Below the pieces are notes generated by a model. The model saw only the letters and a list, made by a program, of their open reading frames with translations. It was not told the DNA's origin and did no database searches. DNA of 64,000 nt from Paramecium tetraurelia. Its lineage: Eukaryota. How positions within the stretch are numbered: position 1 is the first letter of the stretch; each line of letters starts with the position of its first letter. The stretch lies in assembly GCA_000165425.1 (NCBI GenBank), contig CT868252.1, positions 124,001 to 188,000 of the forward strand, written 5' to 3'. Shown in pieces: positions 56,077-64,000 of this stretch. The translations under genes and the position numbers were made by a program.

Positions 56077-56560
56077 ATGTGTCCAAGAATTATGAATTAT
56101 AAATCTACACTACTATGTTCAATTTCACTATTCGTAAAATTATAATATAAATATTCAAATTTCCTCATTTTATAGCTGAAAATCCTTCTGAAGGTTAAAA
56201 AGAATTACTTCAAAATAAAATTGAAATTAGATAGGAATAATCACAGTACTATAATGATAATATAGATAGTCCATTTTTAGATGAGGATTCTTATATTTCT
56301 CGAATTTAATGTGTTCTCTGAGAAGTCTTAGATGATCAAAATGTCTGAATCTGTAAGTATATTAAGTTGTGAAATATTATGTACATTATGAATATTTGAA
56401 TAGAGACACTTATATTAAAATAGTCAGTAATTATTATATAGAAATTTAATGAACTTTATTCATAAAGCAACTTTGGTTGAAATTACAATAATTGATAACC
56501 CTTAGAAAAGGAATAGTTTTCGAAATCCTTAATAATAGTAATAATCAGTTCTCCCACTTA
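56077..56560 (+). pseudogene. Possible gene relic
   Basis: Coding-like stretch (AENPSEGQKELLQNKIEIRQEQ..DSPFLDEDSYISR) interrupted by several in-frame TGAs. No family recognised. Confidence 0.3.
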
Positions 56561-56655
56561 ATTTAATCTAAAAACAAAATAGATATAAGATTTTCTCTTT
56601 AGAAACTGTTTTATAAATTTATATTTTTATATTTAATTAACAGTGTACAAGAGAA

Positions 56656-58606
56656 ATGGACAGATCAACAGCAAATGTACGATCATCAATCAATTTTTTA
56701 TCAAATAATGATTTTGAATAGAGGGAGAAGATAGAAATTCAACTGATACCAGCATTATAGAGTTTTTAAACTTTTATAAAGATGAGCAATGAGTCTCAGA
56801 TGGCATAGATTTCTGATTCTTTGATGGCTATTGATTTCTTTAAAAAGAATTGTCCTGAAGGTTCGAGTTTAAGAGATTTTATTATGTATGCTGGAAAAGC
56901 CTTGACATATGAATATTACAAAAAGGGTTCAATTATATTCCATTATGGTGATTACGGAGATAAGTTTTTTATGGTCCTAAAAGGTAATGTTGGAGTATTG
57001 GTACCTAAAGGGAACCATGATATTGAAATGGATAGAGATTTCCTTGTAGAGACCAATAGGAATGAACTATGGAGTAATGTTTGGAAAGGTAGGAAATTAC
57101 AGAGTACAATTGATATGGAAGTGCTATTAGCCTAAGGAGAAGATCCTTGGGTAATCTCAAATAGATATTTTGAGGGAGGAGTGTGTTTATATTAAAAGGT
57201 ATTTTAGATATTAGAATATTTAGATTTATGCATATTATAGTGGATAGACATTTGGAGATGTATCATTATATACAGATAAACCAAGAACTGCAAGCATATT
57301 AGTGTTGTCTGATGATGTTCATCTGATTACAATGAATAAGAATGAGTACAAATAGATTTGTGAGAAGTCTCTTTAGGATATGAATAGCAATGTTGACTAT
57401 TTTATGAGGATGTTGCCAAATAATAGCAAGTTCGTAATAACTAAATTTATGTAATACATGCATAAGATTGAATTTGCTCCTTAAAGTATATTATGGAAAG
57501 AAGGAGAGGAATCTAAATTTTTTATGTTGATATTCAAAGGGAGAGTGGAATTGGTAAAGAAGATTGGGAGAGTGAGGATTACATTATGTTAATTAAGTGA
57601 CAATAGTTGGGTTGGACAAGAAGAAATACGTAAAATAAGAATTAAGCTCTTTTAGTTGATTAATCCAATAGATTATCTACTTGTCAATGTGCTGACAATA
57701 CAGTTGCCTATTATATTCATCTTGAAGAATTCAATTAGATCAGAAGAAACTTTCCAGAAATTTGCAAGATTTTGAAAGAGAAATCTCAATTACTTAAGGA
57801 GTACATGAAAACAAGATATGAGATGATTATGAATAATTTTATTAACAAGCCAGAAACTATTCAGAAGTAGCAACAGAAGGTGGAGAGAAAGACTATTTCT
57901 GAAATCTTCCATACTTCCATAAAGACCAAAACCCAGGATATCAGATCGCATTCTCCTAAGGCATTAAGCATAATTGAAATCACTGAATACAATAACAAAA
58001 TAAATTAATCGAGAGTAGGTTTTTTATTTCCAATTTAGGGTGGTTTCAGAAATCTGAATATCTTTCCTTTGGACAAGGATTCAGTTCTATCGATAAGGGA
58101 TAGAGTTTGCAGATAATTAACCAAATAAAACAAAAAGAAGGAGAGGGTTCAACCTTAAACAATGAGAGAAGGAACTCTCTTATCATCGACTATTTCAGAT
58201 CTATTCAAATAAAATGAGTAGGTTCAACCATATTCAGGTTTCAAATAGAATGATCTAAAGAAAAGTTCCTTCTCCTTTGTTAACTTATTTGGTTAAGGAT
58301 CTACGAATAATCCCACAAATTCTAGTGATCATTTTACTTCAAGACTAACAACCCAATAATCTTATTTCAGGATGAAAACAGAACAGGGGAGATCCTAAAT
58401 CTAAACCTAAACTAGCTTTGATCAAAAGTATCTCATGTTCAGTAAAATTTAGGAATAACAGTGTAGAACTAAATAAGTTACGTTCCAATAGTCCTCTCAC
58501 TTCCATTCAATTCTCAAATAGAAGTCAAAATAAAAGAATACATAGCTGTAAGATGATAGCAAGACCAAAAAAGTACCCTTAATTATTGAAATATAAATTA
58601 TTATGA
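56656..58606 (+). CDS. Cyclic-nucleotide-binding domain protein (two CNB domains, the second degenerate)
   Basis: YKKGSIIFHYGDYGDKFFMVLKGNV..GQTFGDVSLYTDKPRTASI, then a second domain LWKEGEESKFFMLIFKGRV. The stop at 58604-58606 assumes the 25-nt intron 58428-58452 is spliced. Confidence 0.8.
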
Positions 58607-60238
58607 ATTTTGTAGAAAGAAGAAATAAAACTAATCCTGATTAGCATTAATTATTAAGCATGAGCAATCAAAGTTCTTCAAGAAATTCTGCAGTCAAAGC
58701 AACATTGAAGGTGTATTCTGAAATGAGAGAAGATGGAAGCTGCAAATTAGCAATGAGATTTACACAATTAAAAATAGTTCTAGCCACCCATAAATTGGTT
58801 GGATTCTGTTATAAACTTAAATCTGTCAGATTACAGCACTATTTTGATGTTTTGATATTAACGAAGACATCAAATATTCATTCTGTATCAATTTTAAATA
58901 AGCCTTAATAAGGGTAAAACTATTATTTGACACCACCTACGAAAAAGAAAAGTGTAAAGTTTTAGCCAAAATACTCCATTGCACCCTTCTTGTTATTAAA
59001 TTCTATAATTTAATAGCATCTTCACAGAAATTTCAACATATTACAATATAATCAAAACAGAAAAAGGAGACACAGCTCTTTTAATAACGTATTAGAACAG
59101 TTGTATAGAAGGAAATAAACTTAGAATTTCAGAATTCTGAAATCTAGACTATTATTATCAAAGACGTTTAGACGAATTAGTTTTATGATTAATCAAAAAA
59201 TAAAATCAATACAATTAGAAGTTTTACTAACAACTTCTTAATATATTCAAAATAATAATCCTAATTCTCATCAAGAAAGTTTATTGGATTCTGAATTCTC
59301 ATAGTAACAGTAGACCCTATAAGAAAGCAATAATGATATTCAGGATTATGAAATAAATAATTAGATGATGAGTGCCAAAGAATAATTGGCCATGAAATTT
59401 GCAAGTACCTCATTATTGATAGGAATTTTGAGTTAAATAATGATAAAAGCATAATTTGCATTTTTGTTGCATCTAAGAATTGGAAACAATCAAAAATTAG
59501 ACATCAGAGAAATAAAATCCATAGATATCAGTGAAAATCTAGATTAATCTTTAATTGAAGAAGAAAAAATAAAACCAAAAATAATTGCAGCTAATCAAAT
59601 AAATCATTTCTTAATTCAAAAGCTCAGAAGTTATTTTGAATAGATTAATGAGGGTCCTTCCAGAGTTTCTAGACCTTCAATTAAACTCTTTAGAGGAGGA
59701 GACAAGAAATCAAAATCTGAGAATTCTAATCTAAAATTGTTATTAACTGGTTAGAAGCTATTTAAGGAGGATGATCCTCAATAAAAGAGTACAGATATCA
59801 CTGCCAATGAAAAAAAGTGTTCATTTAAAGCACTGCCTGGAGTTCGATATGTCACATAGTATTCAGATATTTCAAAGAATGCTATTTCTGATGTAAAATT
59901 ATAAACATCATTTTAGAGTGAAGTAAGTGAACAATCCATCATTACAGATTATGCTAACACTCTACAAAGCATTCAGACTTCAATCCTAATCAAAAATTAA
60001 ACCAATTAATAATACAAATAGAATTAAAGAAAAGAATCACTTAATTCTGCAATTCAATAATATTGTATATTTCTATGTTAATCATTTAGTGAGTCCTATT
60101 AAAAGTTAAAAAAACTCCCCTGATAAAGAGTCTAAGAAAACAATTGAAAATAAAAAGGAGAGTAAATACTCTAAATTAACACTTTTGTACTGTTTCCCTA
60201 TCATAATTATCCTCTTTATTGTAATTTTAATGAAATGA
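58603..60238 (+). CDS. Hypothetical tail-anchored membrane protein (start at 58603 or 58660)
   Basis: Long open frame with one intron (60065-60089), ending in the hydrophobic LTLLYCFPIIIILFIVILMK*. Confidence 0.65.
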
Positions 60239-60260
60239 AATATTTTTATATTAAATAATT

Positions 60261-60813
60261 ATGTAAGCTCAACCAACATAGCCATCTATTACTACCAGTG
60301 CAGGACCCAGAGATCCATAGTGGGTAGATAGACTCAAAGAGGAATATACAGCCTTGATCAATTACATAAAAAACAATAAAAGCGAAGATAATGATTGGGT
60401 TAAATTGGAACCAGCAAATAAAGAATGCACCAAGTAATCAACAATAAAGATCATTAAATAGTTGGAAAGGGAAATGTTGGGTTGTCCACAATTTGATTCG
60501 TTATGAATTTGATTTTTAATTTGAAGTTAACTAGACTCTATTATTTAGATTCCTCCCACATACCCATTAGCACCAATTGAAATTGAAATCCCATCATTAG
60601 ATGGTTTGACACCCAAAATGTACAGAGGTGGCAAGATCTGCATTGATATTCACTTTGCTCCTCTATGGCAAAAAAACGCACCCAAATTTGGAATAGTCCA
60701 CGCTTTACAATTAGCTGTATATATATATGAAGTTGATTATTTAATAGTTGGCACCTTGGCTGGCAGCTGAAATTCCAGTGTTGATTGAGGAAGGCAAGAT
60801 TAAAAAGGATTGA
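60261..60813 (+). CDS. UFC1: UFM1-conjugating enzyme (E2)
   Basis: [73 protein letters not shown]. Three introns. Confidence 0.96.
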
Positions 60814-60834
60814 TAATGTATAATAAAATTAATA

Positions 60835-62656
60835 ATGTCTAAAATATTGAGATCAGATTATGAAGAGGTTCTTAAAAGGAATCCTAATGACATTAGATCT
60901 ATGATAGCACTAGGTTGTCATTCCTTTAATTTAGGTTATTAATTGTTGCAACAATAAAAAAGGAATCAGGCACTCTATTGGTTTGATGCAGCAATCAGTT
61001 TGGATCCTAATATGGTTGATTCTCTATGTGGAAAAGGTAACTGCATGATCAATACACAAGGTGATGCTTTGTAGTTATTCGATAAACATTAGAAGGCAAT
61101 TTAATGGTATGATCGAGCATTGAGTATTGCACCAAATCATGTTCCAAGTTTGGTAGGAAAAGGTACCTAGTTCTTCAAATTAATAGCCAAAGCACTTTAT
61201 CAATTAGAAATAGATTTTAATAAATTAGCTAAACGTATTGCAATCTTTAATTTTATGTCTAGCAAAACTCTTAAATAAGTAAAAGACAGAGTATAGTCTC
61301 AATGAACGAGGTATTACAACCTATTATTATTCATAATCTAGATTCATTAGAAAAGCAAAAACTTGAATAACGTTTCAAAGAAAAAGGTATTAAACAATGT
61401 ATCTTATAAGAAGATCAAAGCAAAGAAAGATTAGAAATCAGACTTAAAGAAAAAGGTACTATCCAAATATTAGAAAATAGAAAAGCTTAATTTAAACAAG
61501 GAATAAGAAACAAAATTAAATGATAAAGGTACTCATAATCAATATTCTTAAGCCAAAGCCTTGCATTAATACAAAATTGAAGCATTGCTTTAAGGAAAAC
61601 GTATTATTCTCTACAAATTTAGCTAAACCTAAACATTAAATTGAGTTGGAGTAGGAAATTGAATTAGAACTGGAGTCTTAAAAGTACTTTGATTAAGCAT
61701 TATCAAGCAAGCCTAATCAAATATAAGCACTTACAGGGAAAGGTAAAAGTTTTGATATCAACTAGGCCTTTGCATTAATACATTTTATAAATAACTTGAT
61801 GCTGAAAATATTATAAATAAAGTCTTATCTTTGCCATCTATTTAAGGTCATAATGATAAATAATCTGATATCTACGCAGCAAAAGGCACTATTTTGATTA
61901 ATTCTAGGTGATATTTTATTAAACCAACAAAAATATGCAGAAGCCAATAGTTTCTATGACAAAGCATTAGAATTGGATTCTAATCATCTTTAAAGCTTAT
62001 TTGGAAAAGGTATTAATTCAAAGAGAAGTAGGCTAATATTTTAGATTGATAGAGAATTATGATGAGGCTATTGAATGGTATGATAAAGTGATAAAAATAA
62101 AACCAAATCATATAAATGCAATTTGGGGAAAAGGTTAATAATAAGTTTTATCTGTGTAGGCGAATCATTAAGAATGCAAGACAAATTCAGAAAGGCAATC
62201 GCTTATTTTGACAAGGTTCTGAAATACCATCCAAAGCATTTCTTGTCTCTATATGGCAAAGGTATCATCAAAAACTATATGTTTTTCAAGGAGAAGCACT
62301 TAGAATGCTCAAGTATAATTATGATGCTTCTGTTGAATACAAACAAGCACTTGAATTGTAGCCTAACCATATTAAAGGATTATTTGGATATGGGGAAGTA
62401 TTAAAACTGATGAGAAAGTACCAATAATCTTTGGTATGCTACAAGAAAATCTTGGAAATAGATTAAGGCAATATGGAAGCAGTGTAGTTGAAATGTAACT
62501 ATCTATTATTGAAATTTAGATGAGGTAGAACATTTCATTTCATAAATGTAATAAAAGGAATAGATTAATATAATGAGAAAGTAAGATCTCTAAAGCAATA
62601 GTAAATTTTTTGATGGTCTTTAAACCAATACTCTAAATTTTAGAAAAAAGTTTTGA
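60835..62656 (+). CDS. Intron-rich TPR-repeat protein (about 15 introns)
   Basis: Repeats such as GDALQLFDKHQKAIQWYDRALSIAPNHVPSLVGK and GESLRMQDKFRKAIAYFDKVLKYHPKHFLSLYGK, with phase-1 introns at repeat borders. Confidence 0.88.
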
Positions 62657-62748
62657 ATAAAAACAAAGATGTATATGATAATACTAAAAAATTTTCAATT
62701 ATTAATACAAAAATGAAAAGCTCTATTAATTTTTTGAATAGTAATTTA

Positions 62749-64000
62749 TCAATCATGATCATGTTATTTTTTTTTCTCTTCCTTTTTTCTTCTAACCTCC
62801 TTGAATTTGGTTCTTAATTTAGCATCGTGTCTTTAAAGATTTTCTAAATTTTCTTTTTCTATTTATGCCTTATCGATATCCAAAGCTGCCAAATTTGTAT
62901 AATCTCCTCTCAGTTACGCATCAGATGGTAGAAATGGAGGTTTGATGGTTACTTAATGTGGTTACTAAATATGATTTATGTATATTTACCATATGTCGAT
63001 GATCCCAATATCGTACGCCATCAAACTCTATGTATCCCATGTAAGTACCAAATATTTTACACAATTCTTATTAGCCCATATTAATGGATCCTTCAAAATA
63101 ATCGGTAGCTTTTCTTTTAACTTTTCCAAATTTTAAAGTTGCAGTCAATCCTTTATTTGTCTAATACGTAGAAACACCAAGAGTCTTGATGAATTACTAA
63201 TAATATACTTCAACTTTCATTGAACCCATGATAGTTCCACTGTAAAGTTCATAGGCAAAATTATAATCAATTCTCTGGCCCCCATTGAATATTATGGTTC
63301 TTTTACCCTTATTCTTGAGAGTGATAGAGTTAAGTCCAGCCGAGGCTTCGTAACAATAATTTCTAATCATATACAAAGGTGATACCCAAAGTATTTATAA
63401 GAATCATCTCTACCAACACCATAGAATTAGCTTATGGGTGGGTGGTGACTAATTTACTCTGCATATAAAGTTGTTCCATCTGACAAGAAACCTTCGACAG
63501 TTTCTCCCAAGATAGGATTTAAAGGCTTGTGGAAACTCAGGTTTATGTGGAATGTAGCTATGGTAGCAGTTATGACCAATTTCAACTACTCCATAAAATC
63601 TACTGTTTGAACGGCTCGGTTGATATACAAAGGAAAGAATATGGTAGATTATAAATTTTTCTCCAAAGCCGATTTGGCAATCATTGCCTTAATTGGAAAA
63701 CTGATTTTAGTGAGATTCATGTCTCCAGATAAAATTTTACGTCCGATTTGCTAAATCACATAGGTCCCCACGGATCTCATACATTTGATTTGCTTTTTAT
63801 CTTCGAATTTCTTTCCACCATCTTTCTATGCTTGATCACATCTAGAGTCATCCTTAGATTGAATCGGTTGAAATGTTGCTACCTTTTATTATATAATATC
63901 ATATGGATCATTATTGAAATGCCTAATAAGATTATTGATTTTCTCATACTCTTCTGTGATGTAAAATTGCACAGCATCAGGAGCAGTTTATTAGACTTGT
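62749..64000 (-). CDS. Oxysterol-binding protein (OSBP/ORP) domain protein, 5' end outside window
   Basis: NLTKISFPI, FHKPLNPILGET, AEQISHHPPIS (OSBP signature), LPSDA.LRGD. Confidence 0.93.

Noticed and set aside
56320..56400. Several in-frame TGAs as possible selenocysteine or readthrough codons
   Set aside because: There is no selenoprotein-like fold or recognisable SECIS, and the surrounding frame is degraded. Pseudogene decay is simpler.

Overview
This window is AT-rich, very gene-dense ciliate DNA, most consistent with the somatic (macronuclear) genome of Paramecium (P. tetraurelia-like; the species is inferred). Reading frames stay open only if TAA/TAG encode Gln and TGA is the sole stop, and genes are split by tiny GT..AG introns of about 20-35 nt. 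The supplied standard-code ORF track is therefore mostly fragments and antisense or off-frame artefacts. Manual translation with code 6 gives about 30 protein genes. Recognisable products are a Pierce1/FAP182-like ciliary protein (partial), a Trf4/Cid-type nucleotidyltransferase, a Rab GTPase, a LITAF protein, a formin, a degenerate hybrid histidine kinase, an S49 peptidase, a FYVE-like/CaaX protein, an LRR-ankyrin protein, Sec61-alpha, kinesin-13, an ankyrin-AGC kinase, a pseudokinase, an eIF2-alpha-type kinase, a FAN/NSMAF-like BEACH protein, a PTB-like RRM protein, a CAMK-type kinase, a long-chain acyl-CoA synthetase, an AXDND1-like/EF-hand protein, exportin-7-like, a cNMP-binding protein, UFC1, a TPR protein and OSBP (partial). 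Several decayed gene relics lie between them. I found no RNA genes, transposons, CRISPR arrays or telomeric tracts, and no convincing new multi-gene system. The most unusual signals are gene-level: a hybrid kinase lacking all phosphorelay residues, a TPR gene with six symmetric micro-exons and a GC-AG intron, a possible 77-nt intron, 14-34-nt intergenic spacers, and CK1 and RING-CH pseudogenes. All coordinates, splice sites and family calls were made by eye, without database searches.
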